Made by a program: the position numbers and the translations under genes. Source: an uncultured Pseudomonadota bacterium (GTDB lineage Bacteria > Pseudomonadota > Alphaproteobacteria > Rhizobiales > Xanthobacteraceae). From it: a stretch of DNA of 64,000 nt. The stretch covers positions 376,550-440,549 of the forward strand of contig CAWAIV010000004.1 in the NCBI GenBank assembly GCA_963782145.1. Reading direction: 5' to 3'. The notes beneath the pieces were generated by a model. That model was given only the letters and a program-made list of their open reading frames with translations. It was not told the DNA's origin and did no database searches. This document shows positions 31,547 to 42,322 of this stretch, piece after piece (the stretch's first letter is position 1; each line of letters begins with the position of its first letter).

Positions 31547-32575
31547 GTGAAAAAACGACGGTTCCTCATCATTGCGGCGCTGGTCGTGCTCGTGGCGGCG
31601 GGCGCCGGCTGGTACCGATTTGCGCGCGGACCGCAAGTCGCCGCGGTCGCCGCCAAGCGCGGCACCGCGGTCGAGATCGTCTATGCCACCGGCGGTGTCG
31701 AGCCGGTCACCTGGGCCAAGGTGGCGAGCCTGGTGCGCGACCGCATCGTCTATATCTGCCATTGCGAGGGCATGACCGTCGCCAAGGGCGACGAACTGGC
31801 GCAGCTCGACGACCGCGAGGTCAAGGCGCAGTTGCAGGATTTGGTGGCGCGCGAGGCGTTCCTCAAACGCGAAATGTCGCGGGTGAGCGAACTGATCACG
31901 CGCGGCGCCGCCACCACCCAGGCCTATGAGCGCGCCTCGATGGACCTCAACCAGGTGCAGGCGCAGATCCAGGTGCAAAAGGAGAAGATCAACGACTACA
32001 CCATCGTCGCGCCCATGGACGGCGTGGTGCTGCGGCGCGACGGCGAGGTCGGCGAGATCGCCGAAGCCGGGCAGGTGCTGTTCCGCGTCGGTGTTCTCAA
32101 GCCCTTGCAGGTGGTGGCCGAGGTCAACGAGGAGGACATCCCGCGCGTGACCGTCGGGCAGGTCGTGCTGTTCCGCACCGACGCCTTTCCCAACCAGCGC
32201 CTGGAAGGCAAGGTGAGCGAGATCACGCCGATGGGCGACGTCAGCGCCAAGACCTTCCGCATCAAAGCGGCGCTGCCCGCCGACACCCCGCTCAAGCCCG
32301 GCATGAGCGTCGAGGCCAATATCATCACGCGCGAGAAAGCGAACGCGCTGCTGATCCCGGCCGATGCGCTGCAGGGCGACGCGGTGTTCGTCGTCGACGG
32401 CTCCCAAGCGCGCAAGCGCGCGATCACGGTCGGCATCCGCGGCACCCGCATCGTCGAGGCGCTCTCGGGACTCAAGGACGGCGAGCGCGTGGTCTCGCCG
32501 GCGCCGACCGATCTTGCCGACGGCGCCCGCGTGCGCGTGCGCGCCGGTGCCGCCGTCGCCACCAACCCGCCATGA
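31547..32575 (+). CDS. Efflux membrane-fusion (periplasmic adaptor) protein
   Basis: N-terminal TM; IVAPMDGVV, AEVNEEDI and LKPGMSV motifs. Confidence 0.9.
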   Translation: MKKRRFLIIAALVVLVAAGAGWYRFARGPQVAAVAAKRGTAVEIVYATGGVEPVTWAKVASLVRDRIVYICHCEGMTVAKGDELAQLDDREVKAQLQDLVAREAFLKREMSRVSELITRGAATTQAYERASMDLNQVQAQIQVQKEKINDYTIVAPMDGVVLRRDGEVGEIAEAGQVLFRVGVLKPLQVVAEVNEEDIPRVTVGQVVLFRTDAFPNQRLEGKVSEITPMGDVSAKTFRIKAALPADTPLKPGMSVEANIITREKANALLIPADALQGDAVFVVDGSQARKRAITVGIRGTRIVEALSGLKDGERVVSPAPTDLADGARVRVRAGAAVATNPP

Positions 32576-33807
32576 ACCTCATCGTCGACATCGCCTGGAC
32601 TCATGTGCGCGCGCGCGTGCGCCAGACCGGCTTCGCGGTCGCCGGCGTCGCCACCGGGGTCGGCTTCTCGATCATGATGGCGGCGCTGATGCAGGGCTCG
32701 CAGGACGATTTCACCCAGCGCCTGGTCAACACGCTGCCGCACATCACCGTCTCCGACGAGCGGCGCCATCCGCCGGCGCAGCCGGCCGAGCGCTTCTTCG
32801 CCGCCGCCGAGATCCACGGTCTCACCCCGGAGGCGCGCCGGCCCGGCATCAAGAACCCGCTCGCCACCATGGCCTCGCTGGAAGCCTGGCTGCCCGGCGG
32901 CATCGCGCCCTCGGTCAAGGTGCAGGCCATCATCCGCTATGCCAATCACGACGTCTCCACCAGCGTGATCGGCATCGATCCGCGGCGCGAAAGCAAGGTG
33001 TCGGAGCTGCCGCAGCAGATGCGCGGCGCCACGCTTACCGCGCTCTACCGCGCCACCAATGCCATCGTCATCGGCGACCGCCTGTCGGAGAAGATCGGCG
33101 CCCGCATCGGCGCCAATATCACGCTGCAGACCAGCCAGGGCGCGCGCATCACCGCGCAGGTGGTCGGCTTCTTCCACACCGGCGTGCGCCAGCAGGACGA
33201 GGGCACGGCTTACGTGCTCACCAAGACCGGGCAGATCCTCGCCCGCCAGACCGGGCTGATCAATGAATTGCGCATCAGGCTCGTCGATCCGATGAAGTCG
33301 CGCGAAGTGGCGGCGCGGGTCGAGAGCGACACCGGTTACAAGTCGGTGTCTTGGGAGGAGGCCTATGAGGACCTGCTCTCGACCTTCATCATCCGCAATA
33401 TCATCATGTATGCGGTGGTCGGCGCCATCCTGCTGGTGGCGAGCTTCGGCACCTACAACATCATCTCCACCATCACCCACGAGAAGGCGCGCGACATCGC
33501 CATCATGAAGTCGCTCGGCCTCACCGAGTTCACCGTGCGCTCGATCTTCGTGCTGGAGGCGCTGATCATCGGGCTGGTCGGGGCGCTAGTCGGTTTCGCG
33601 CTCGGCTATCTGCTGTCGCGCGGGCTCGGCGCCGTGCGCATCACCAATCCGTTCCTCGATTCCGACCATCTGCCGCTGGCCTATAACTATCAGCATTATC
33701 TGCTGGCCGGCCTGGTCGCGCTCGTCTCCTCGGTCGTCGCCGGCTATCAGCCGGCGCGCAAGGCGGCGCGCGGCAATCCGGTGGAGATCATCCGGGGCGC
33801 CACATGA
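32572..33807 (+). CDS. ABC permease (MacB/LolCE/FtsX-like)
   Basis: 4-TM topology with large periplasmic loop; DIAIMKSLG and PARKAA motifs. Confidence 0.9.
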   Translation: MNLIVDIAWTHVRARVRQTGFAVAGVATGVGFSIMMAALMQGSQDDFTQRLVNTLPHITVSDERRHPPAQPAERFFAAAEIHGLTPEARRPGIKNPLATMASLEAWLPGGIAPSVKVQAIIRYANHDVSTSVIGIDPRRESKVSELPQQMRGATLTALYRATNAIVIGDRLSEKIGARIGANITLQTSQGARITAQVVGFFHTGVRQQDEGTAYVLTKTGQILARQTGLINELRIRLVDPMKSREVAARVESDTGYKSVSWEEAYEDLLSTFIIRNIIMYAVVGAILLVASFGTYNIISTITHEKARDIAIMKSLGLTEFTVRSIFVLEALIIGLVGALVGFALGYLLSRGLGAVRITNPFLDSDHLPLAYNYQHYLLAGLVALVSSVVAGYQPARKAARGNPVEIIRGAT

Positions 33808-34541
33808 GCGTCAGCGTCGACCATGACAACGCCGCGCTCAGCGCCAGCGTGCCGATGATCGAGGCGCGCGGGGTCACCCGGATCCTGCCCGGCGTGGTGC
33901 CGACCACGCTGGTGCACGACGTCAATCTTCGCATCGCCGACAATGAATTCGTGGCCATCACCGGCCCCTCTGGGTCGGGCAAATCCTCGCTGCTCTATCT
34001 GCTCGGCCTGCTCGACCTGCCGACCGCCGGCGAGGTGCTGATCCGCGGGCGCGCCACCGCCCATATGGACGAGGCCGAGCGTGCCGCCACCCGCCTGACG
34101 CTGCTCGGCTTCGTGTTCCAGTTCCATTTCCTGCTGCCGGAATTCACCGTGCTCGCCAATGTGATGCTGCCGATGCGCGCGCTGGGCCGGCTGTCGGGTG
34201 CCGCCATGCGCGCGCGCGCGGGCGATCTACTCGCCTCGCTCGGCCTCGGCGAGCACTTGCACAAGCGGCCCGATCAGTTGTCCGGCGGCCAGCGCCAGCG
34301 CGTGGCGGTGGCGCGCGCGCTCGCCAACGAGCCACCGGTGATCCTCGCCGACGAGCCGACCGGCTCGCTCGATTCCCATGCCAGCGAACAGGTGTTCGAA
34401 CTGTTGCGCGATCTGGTCGACCGTCAGGGCAAGACCGTGGTGGCGGTCACCCACGATCTCGGCCTGGCGTCGCGCATGGGCCGTCAGATCGAACTGATGG
34501 ACGGTGCCATCGTCGCCGACAAGGCCACCGACAGCGTTTGA
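33804..34541 (+). CDS. ABC ATP-binding protein (LolD/MacB-like)
   Basis: GPSGSGKS, LSGGQRQR, ADEPTG and VTHD motifs. Confidence 0.94.
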   Translation: MSVSVDHDNAALSASVPMIEARGVTRILPGVVPTTLVHDVNLRIADNEFVAITGPSGSGKSSLLYLLGLLDLPTAGEVLIRGRATAHMDEAERAATRLTLLGFVFQFHFLLPEFTVLANVMLPMRALGRLSGAAMRARAGDLLASLGLGEHLHKRPDQLSGGQRQRVAVARALANEPPVILADEPTGSLDSHASEQVFELLRDLVDRQGKTVVAVTHDLGLASRMGRQIELMDGAIVADKATDSV

Positions 34542-34620
34542 CAAGCCCCTCGTTTTGGCGGGAAGTTTTACCCCAAGAACAAAGTGCCGCTCGACCGGCG
34601 CCGGATCAGGGGAGGAAGAA

Positions 34621-35430
34621 ATGCCGCGTTTCGCACATCTCATTCTTGCCGCGCTTCTCGTCGTGTTTGCCGCGTCTTCGGCGCCGGCGGCCGACGTCAA
34701 GCTGGCCAACGGCACGGTTCTGTCCGCCAAGCCGTTTTATATCGTCACCTATATCGAGGTCGATCCGAGCGGAACTCGCGCCGCCAAAAGGCTGATCCGC
34801 AAGCACAGCGCGGCCAGCAAGAAGGACGCGGGCAATCTGCGCTACGAGGCCTTGCAACGCCTTGGGCGCAAGAACCATTTCCTCATTCTCGAGGCCTGGT
34901 CGGACCAGGCCGCCCGCAATGCCCATGCCAAGGCCGCGCACACGCTGGCGTTCCGTAAGGCGCTGCAGCCGCTGCTCTACAGCCCGTTCGACGAACGCGC
35001 GCATGTCGCGCTCGTCGCCGGCGATCCGAGCAAGGAGCCCAAGCCCGGCAGGCGCGCCGTCTATGTCCTCACCCATGTCGACATCATTCCGCCGGAGCAG
35101 TTTCCGCCCTGCAAGCGGCAGGTGAAGGAGACCGGCCCCTGCGGCAACGCCCTGGTGACACAATTGGTGGCGGCGGGTCGCCAGGACGCGGGCAATCTGC
35201 GCTTCGACGCACTGACCCAGGCCAATCGGCCCAATCATATGGAACTCATCGAGGTGTGGAAGTCGTCCGCGGCCCAGCGCCGGCATACGGTGACCAAGGC
35301 GGTGAAGGATTTCCGCGACGAATTGTCGGGCATCCTCCCGGGAAGCGGTCTGTCCGGTGATCCGACGGTCTTGCTCAATCCGCTGACCGGCAGCCTCTAC
35401 GACGAGCGCCTGTACAGGGCCGTCGACTGA
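34621..35430 (+). CDS. Secreted protein with two ABM (antibiotic biosynthesis monooxygenase)-like domains
   Basis: Signal peptide; duplicated D-A-G-N-L-R-x...N-H...E-x-W...H module; GGGGAGG RBS. Confidence 0.8.
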   Translation: MPRFAHLILAALLVVFAASSAPAADVKLANGTVLSAKPFYIVTYIEVDPSGTRAAKRLIRKHSAASKKDAGNLRYEALQRLGRKNHFLILEAWSDQAARNAHAKAAHTLAFRKALQPLLYSPFDERAHVALVAGDPSKEPKPGRRAVYVLTHVDIIPPEQFPPCKRQVKETGPCGNALVTQLVAAGRQDAGNLRFDALTQANRPNHMELIEVWKSSAAQRRHTVTKAVKDFRDELSGILPGSGLSGDPTVLLNPLTGSLYDERLYRAVD

Positions 35431-35697
35431 TCGACGCCGATCGCCGGTTCCGATTAAGGCACGCCGCGGTTGTTGCGGCGATAGGCATCGCGGCGCGTCG
35501 TCAAATGTGACATCGCGGTGGAACCGCTGTGAGCCCATTGCCCTGCGCATTGTGTTCTCGCCACACGCATCGTCGATATTCGACGCCGCCACGGATTTGT
35601 TTTCTTGCGGGATTCTTCCGAATCAGAATTAATCGTCGTCTCAAGCAAAAAAAGCGCGACAGTAGAGTGGTACCCACACCAATCTGCGAGGGAGACC

Positions 35698-36588
35698 ATG
35701 ACCATTGAAATGACACAGCGGGCGCTGCCCGCACATGTGATCGTTGTTGGCAATGAGAAGGGCGGGTCGGGGAAATCCACGGTCGCAATGCATATCGCGA
35801 TCGCGCTCCTGAAGCTGGGGCAACGGGTCGCCACCGTCGATCTTGACGCACGGCAGAGAAGCTTCACCAATTATGTCGAAAACAGACGCGCCTGGGCCGA
35901 GCACGTCGCGCGCGCGCTCGAGATTCCCGACCATGTCTGTCTCGATGTGACCGTCGATGCGCCGGTCGCCGACGACTACGCCGCCGCCTCCAGGGCGCTC
36001 ACCGATACGGTGGCCGCACTGGCGCAGGCGAACGACTTTATCGTCATCGACACCCCCGGGCATGACGGTCCGCTGACGCGGCTCGCCCATTCGATGGCCG
36101 ACACCCTGATCACGCCGCTCAACGACAGTTTCGTCGACTTCGACGTACTTGGCGCCGTCGATCCGGCGACCCTTGGCGTCACCGGCACCAGCCACTACGC
36201 CCAGATGGTGGAGGAAGCCCGCAGCCAACGTCAGCTGCTCGAGCAGTTGACCACGGACTGGATCGTGTTGCGCAACCGCCTGTCCAATCTCGGCTCGCGC
36301 AACAAGCGTCTGGTGGCCGATGGGCTGCAGGAACTGTCGCAACGGCTGAATTTCCGCTGCGTCGAGGGGCTGGCCGAACGGGTGATCTTCCGCGAATTCT
36401 ATCCGCGCGGCTTGACCGCCATGGACGATCTCGACGCCAGCACGCTCGGCACGCGCCCGACCATGTCGCACATGACCGCGCGCATGGAGATCGAAAGCCT
36501 GCTCGAAGCCATGGGACTGGGCGGCTTGATGGCCGGCCGCGCTGTGAACGGTAACGACATGGTCGAGGAAAACCGCGACGCGGCGTGA
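35698..36588 (+). CDS. mipZ: Division plane positioning ATPase MipZ family
   Basis: GNEKGGSGKST, DTPG, TPLNDSFVDFD and ERVIFREFYPRGLT motifs. Confidence 0.9.
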   Translation: MTIEMTQRALPAHVIVVGNEKGGSGKSTVAMHIAIALLKLGQRVATVDLDARQRSFTNYVENRRAWAEHVARALEIPDHVCLDVTVDAPVADDYAAASRALTDTVAALAQANDFIVIDTPGHDGPLTRLAHSMADTLITPLNDSFVDFDVLGAVDPATLGVTGTSHYAQMVEEARSQRQLLEQLTTDWIVLRNRLSNLGSRNKRLVADGLQELSQRLNFRCVEGLAERVIFREFYPRGLTAMDDLDASTLGTRPTMSHMTARMEIESLLEAMGLGGLMAGRAVNGNDMVEENRDAA

Positions 36589-36594
36589 GCCGCG

Positions 36595-38096
36595 TTAGCG
36601 CGGCTTGAGGATCGCCCAGCCGACCGTGACCTGCCCGGTCCGCGCCGGTAGGCCAAGGTGAAGGGCGGCTGCACCACGGCGCCGGCCGCCACGCTGGCGA
36701 ACTTCGCCGGCAGTGTGTGCGGATCGCTGTCGGTCCACACCACCGCCGCGCCCTGGCGCTTGAGATCGTCAAGATCGATCCAGGGCGCGCGCTGCGGCTC
36801 GCCGTCGACCAGGTTGCGCGGGTGGCTGGGCGCGTAATGTTCGACATTGCCGCCGTCCCACATGGTGCCGATGACGTAAGCGAGCGGCTTGCCGGTCGCC
36901 GCGCGATAGCGCTGGCCGATGTCGCGGCCGAGACTGCCGCCGGGGAAGAACACCGCGCGGTAGCGATGATCGAAGCGCGGCAGCACGTCGTAATTGACAT
37001 AGAAGGCGGCGCCCAGGCAGACGAACACGATCGCCCAGGTGACGAGCATGCGCGCCAGCCGTCCGTCGTCGAGCAGGCGCCGGGCGGTCAGCACCAGCCA
37101 CAGGCCGAAGAACAGCCAGAGCGGATAGCCCCACATCGCCACCGTGCCGCGGCCGCTTAACGCCGACATCGCCAGCACCGTCGCCATGGGGCCGAAGGCA
37201 AGCCAGGTGACGATGCGGTAGTCGAAAGCGTCGGCCTGTTGCGGCGCCGGCGGCTCGCCCGCCGCGCGGCGCGGGATGAACAACGGCGCCGCGATCAACA
37301 GCGAGGGAATGAGGAAGAACAACTGGCTGAACGCGAACTGCAGCGGATGCCAGAAATGGTCGTACCAGCCGCGCGACAGCACGGCGCGGTGCTCGGCATA
37401 GGCGAGCGGCAGGAAGTCGCTCTGTACCAGCCAGACGAGATGCGGCGCCGCCACCATCAGCGCCACCGCCGCCGCGATCCAGGGCCCCGGCGTCGCCAGC
37501 ACCTTGCGCGCCTCGCGGTCGACGAGGGCGAAGGCAAGCATCGGCGCCACCAGCACCACCACGAAATATTTCGCCCAGAACGACATGCCGACGGCGAGTC
37601 CCAGGAGCAGCCAGTCGGCGAATTGCCGCCCGCGCAGCGCGCGATGCCAGGCAAAGCCGGCCAGCGCCCAGAACGGAAGCTGGATGACGTCGTGGTTGAA
37701 CTTGGCGGAGGTGTAGTTGAGGTAATGCAGCCCGTCGACGATCAGCACCGAGAGCAGCGCGCCCAGGCCGCCGACCAGCGCCCGCGCCGCCAGGAACACG
37801 AAGGCGAAGCCCGCCAGCACCGCGATCTCGGCCAAGAGGTAATAGGCGAAATCGTGCCCGACCAGCCGGTAGGCGATCTCGACCAGCCACCAGGGCAGCG
37901 GCGGCAGCTTGTCATAGCCGAGCTGCCATTCGCGCCCGTACATCAGCGCTTCGATCAGGTCGAGCGGCAGGTTGGGGTAGAGCAGGGTGGGCAGCACCGT
38001 CCATACCGCCGCATGCAGTGCGGCGAAGCCGGCAAAGGCGCGGCCGGGATGGGCCCTGATCCAGGCCAGGAAGGCGGGAAGAGGAGGCGCCGGCAT
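36595..38096 (-). CDS. GT-C fold glycosyltransferase (GT39/ArnT-like); frameshift near the 3' end
   Basis: Multiple TM; PLDLIE, WQLGYDKLPPL and SFWAKY motifs. Confidence 0.85.
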
Positions 38097-38257
38097 CGCT
38101 TTAGGGGTTCCCGAAGCTGTTCGAATCCTGAGGAAAAAGCCACCAAACCGGCCTATCATAGCAGGAGATCGTGGTTGCACGGACGCGGCCACTCGGTGAC
38201 ATTGGGGCGCTGCCGCGCGAATCACGACCTGCCCGCGAGCCGCCTGGAACCGACCTC

Positions 38258-39630
38258 ATGCTCCGTATCGGCGCCATCTTCATCGCGGTCTGCATGGTGC
38301 TCATCGCCGCCTCGCTCGGCGCGGTGCTCTTTCTCGCCGTGAAGCTCGATGGCCGCACCGCCGCGATCGCGGCGGTGGCCGCGCTCGCCGCCATGATGCT
38401 GTACTACAACATCAGCAACCGGCTGCGCGACCGCTCCGACCTCGGCGACCAGATCGCCGACCTCTCGCGCGGCACCGCCGACCTTGCCCGCCAGGTGGCC
38501 GAGGTCTCCCGCCGGCTCAGTGCCGTGGAGAGCCGGGCCTCGAATGCCGCGAACGGCGCGCGCGGCGCGGAAGACCCGCTCGCCGTCGAGATCGGCGAGC
38601 TGGGCACGCTGGTGCGCCAGATCGCCGAGACGGTCGCCGCGCATGCGGCGGCCTTGGAGGAGCAGGGCGCCTTGCCGCACGCTCCCGGCGGTTCCGCAGT
38701 CGATGCGCCGCTGGCGCTCAGCGAAAGCGACGCGGTAAATGGCGTCCGTCGCTTCCGCGGCCTCTCGCGCGAGGGCATCGTCGAGCTGGTCGGCAAGGCG
38801 ATCGAGGCCAACCGCGATCGATCTCTATCTGCAGCCGATCGTCACCCTGCCGCAGCGCAAGGTGCGCCATTACGAGGCGCTGTCGCGGCTGCGCACCGAG
38901 GACGGCGAGATCGTGCCGGCCGGCGAATTCATCGACTCCGCCGAGAGCGCCGGCCTGATGCCCAGGCTCGACAATCTGCTGCTGTTCCGCTGCGTGCAGG
39001 TCACTGCGCCGCCTGCACATGAAGAACCGCGACGTCGGACTGATCTGCAATATCAGCGCCTCCACGCTCAACGACGCCCTCCAGTTCCGGCTGCTGCTCG
39101 ACTTCATGGACGCCAACCGGGCGCTGGCTTCCGCGCTTACCCTCGAATTCAGCCAGAGCGCCTATCGCGCCTTCGGCCCGCATCGAGCTGGAGGGCCTGG
39201 CGGCGCTGGCCGAGCGCGGCTTCCGCTTCTCCATGGATCACGTCGTCGACCTGCGCATGGAGCCGAAGGATCTCGCCGATCACGCCTTCCGTTTCCTCAA
39301 GGTGCCGGCCGGCCTGCTGCTCAACAAGACGGCCAATGCGCAGAGCGACATCCATCCGCAGGATCTCGCCGACCTGTTGGCGCGCTCCGGCATCGACCTG
39401 ATCGCCGAGCGCATCGAAAGCGAGAGCGTGGTGCTCGACCTGCTCGACTACGACGTGCGCTTCGGCCAGGGCTTCCTGTTCTCGCCGCCGCGGCCGGTGC
39501 GCGCCGAGGCGCTGCAGGCCGGCGCGGCGAGGCCGCGCGACCAGCCGGGTGGCCGATTCCATGCTGGCGGCGGTGGGGTTTCCCAGCGGCTGATCGGCGC
39601 GCTATGGCCGGGGCGATCCCTGACGATTGA
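38258..39630 (+). CDS. Membrane-anchored degenerate EAL protein (TipF-like), frameshifted
   Basis: 2 TM plus coiled coil; LYLQPIVTLP, YEALSRL, AERIE and GQGFLFSPP motifs; SMDHV in place of DDFGTG. Confidence 0.8.
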
Positions 39631-40505
39631 ACCGATCGGACCCGGCCTTGCCGCCCTTGATCCCGCATTTTTCCGCGCTTGCTCCGATTATGACGTGCTG
39701 CTGTGCGACGTCTGGGGCGTGGTGCATAACGGGCTGGCCGCCTTCCCGCATGCCTGCGACGCACTGATGCGCGCGCGCGCCACCGGCGACGACGGTCGTC
39801 TTCATCACCAATTCGCCGCGGCCGAGCGAGGTGGTGATGCGCCAGCTCGAGCGCCTGCATGTGCCGCGCGAGACCTATGACGCCATCGTCTCCTCCGGCG
39901 ACGTCACCCGCGGCGTGATCGAGCAAGCGTCACGGCAAGCGCCTCTATCACCTCGGCCCCGAGCGCGACCGCTCGATCTTCAACGGGCTCAACGTCGCCT
40001 TCGCGGACCGGGATACGCCGACTATGTGGTCTGCTCGGGCCTGGAGAACGACGAGGTGGAGACGCCGGACGACTACCGCGCCCGGCTGGAGCGCATGCTG
40101 GCGCGCAAGCTGTTCATGGTCTGCGGCAATCCGGATGTGGTGGTGGAGCGCGGCAACCGCCTGGTCTATTGCGCCGGCGCCATCGCCGATCTCTATGCCA
40201 CCATGGGCGGCGAGGTGCTCTATGCCGGCAAGCCGTACCGGCCGATCTACGACATGGCGCTGGCCAAGGCGGAGGCCGCGGCCGGCAAGCAGGTCGCGCT
40301 TGCGCGCGTGCTGGCGATCGGCGATTCGCTGCGCACGGATCTCAAAGGCGCGCGCACGCTCGGCGTCGATTTCCTGTTCGTGACCTCCGGCATTCACGCC
40401 GAGGAACTGGGCGGGCGCGAGAAGCCCGATCCGGCGGCGCTCACCGACGCCTTCACCGCGGCCGGCGAAATGCCCAAGGCGGTGATGCGGCAATTGGTGT
40501 GGTGA
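39620..40505 (+). CDS. HAD-IIA hydrolase (TIGR01459-like), frameshifted; start approximate
   Basis: CDVWGVVHNG, NPDVVVERG, GKPY and IGDSLRTD motifs. Confidence 0.85.
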
Positions 40506-40677
40506 GCTTCTCTTGTCCACGGGCGAGTGCGTCCCGAGCGACGAAGGCGCGAGGCGGATGAGGGGTAATACGCGCAGCGATATTCGAAATCGTATGGCTG
40601 CGCTTCGCTAGCGGTCCGCGCGACCACCTCCGCACTAGGGGCGCTCGAGCCAGGTTGCACACGGATTGAGCAGAAAT

Positions 40678-41081
40678 TCAAGCTCGCCGGCGCCTGCTCG
40701 TCGGGGAATACCGCGTCGATCTTGGTCTTCAGCGTCTGCGCGTTGAACGGCTTGACGATGTAGTTCGACACGCCGGCCTTCTTGGCGGCGATCACGTTCT
40801 CGGTCTTGGATTCCGCCGTCACCATGATGAACGGCGTCGCCGCCAGGCCGGGATCGGAGCGCACCTCCTGCAACAGGTCGTAGCCGGTCATCGGCTCCAT
40901 GTTCCAGTCGGAGATCACCAGCCCGTATTGGCGCTCGCGCATCTTGGCGAGCGCCGGCCGAGCCGTCGCTGGCGTCGTCGATGTCGACGAATCCGAGCTG
41001 CTTGAGCAGGTTGCGGATGATGCGGATCATGGTGTTGTAATCGTCCACCACCAGAACCGGCATCGACAGGTCGACAGCCAT
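40678..41081 (-). CDS. cheY: CheY-like single-domain response regulator (frameshifted; 3' end approximate)
   Basis: VLVVDD, ISDWNMEPMTG, MVTAE and YIVKPF motifs. Confidence 0.85.
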
Positions 41082-41282
41082 GGCGTCTCGTCCCCGAAGG
41101 GGCCCCCTGTAATATGGGCGAACCGTAGCAAGGGCGCTTGAATAAGCCGTTAATTTGAAAGTTTGATAACGCGCGGGTTAACCCTAGTCGCGAGCAGACA
41201 CCGACACGATGTTCCGAATCAGCCCACACTGCCGCGCTTGCCCAATCCGGCGGCAGAGCCCGCAACCCGATGCAGTCCGCCG

Positions 41283-42277
41283 ATGAGCCAGCGAGCGCCC
41301 GCCTTCCATGTCGCGCGCGGTCCCGGCCGCACCCTTGAGGCCGGGCCGCTCGCCGGCGCCGTGGTGGCGATCGGCAATTTCGACGGCGTGCATCGCGGCC
41401 ACCGCGCCGTGATCGGCGCCGCGCTGCGCGCGCGCCGCCGCCTGCAACGGCCGGCGGCCGCGCTCACCTTCGCGCCGCATCCGCGGCAGTTTTTCCGGCC
41501 GCAGGAGCCGCTGTTCCAACTCTCCAGCGAGCGCAACAAGCTGCGGCTGTTGGCCGCGACCGGGCTCGACGGCGCCTTCATCATGCGTTTCGACGCCGAG
41601 CTTGCCGCCACCGCGGCGGAGGATTTCATCGCCCGCATCCTGGTCGGCCGCCTGAAGCGTCAGCGGGGCGGCGATCGGCTTCGATTTCCATTTCGGCAAG
41701 AACCGCACCGGCTCGCCGGCCTATCTTGCCGCGCGAGGGGGCGCGGCTCGGCTTTGCCGTCGACATCGTGCCGCCGCTGGAGGACGAGGGTCGCCCGGTT
41801 TCCTCCGGCGCGATCCGGCTGGCGCTCGGCCAGGGCAAGGTGGTGGAGGCGACCGAGCTCCTGGGCGCGCCCTGGTTCGTCACCGCGCAAGTGATCCACG
41901 GCGACAAGCGCGGCCGCGAGCTCGGCTTTCCGACCGCCAATCTGCAACTCGACCCGGCGTGCGGCCTCAAGCACGGCATCTATGCGGTGCGGGTGGCGCT
42001 GGACGGCGTCCTCCATGACGGCGTGGCGAGCTACGGCCGCCGCCCGACCTTCGGCGACGGCGCGCCGCTGCTGGAGGTGTTCCTGTTCGACTTCGACGGC
42101 GACCTCTATGGCCGCACGCTCGACGTCGCCTTCATCGGCTGGATCCGCCACGAGCAGAAATTCCCGGGCGTCGAGGCGCTGCGGCAGGCCATCGCGGCCG
42201 ACGCGGCGCAGGCGCGCGACGCGCTGGGCCGGGCGGGCGCGGCGTTTCCGCTGCTCGGGCGGCCCGAAAACGCCTGA
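41283..42277 (+). CDS. ribF: Bifunctional riboflavin kinase/FAD synthetase (frameshifted)
   Basis: GNFDGVHRGH, VSSGAIR and GRELGFPTAN motifs. Confidence 0.93.
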
Positions 42278-42322
42278 ATACCCGTCTTTGCTGCGCCGCG
42301 CTCGCCTGCTACACACCCCGCC

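Noticed and set aside
40508-40650. Degenerate palindromic repeat remnant between the HAD gene and cheY
   Set aside because: It resembles CCTCTCCC-type repeats, but the arms are too decayed to define and there is no good second copy in the window.
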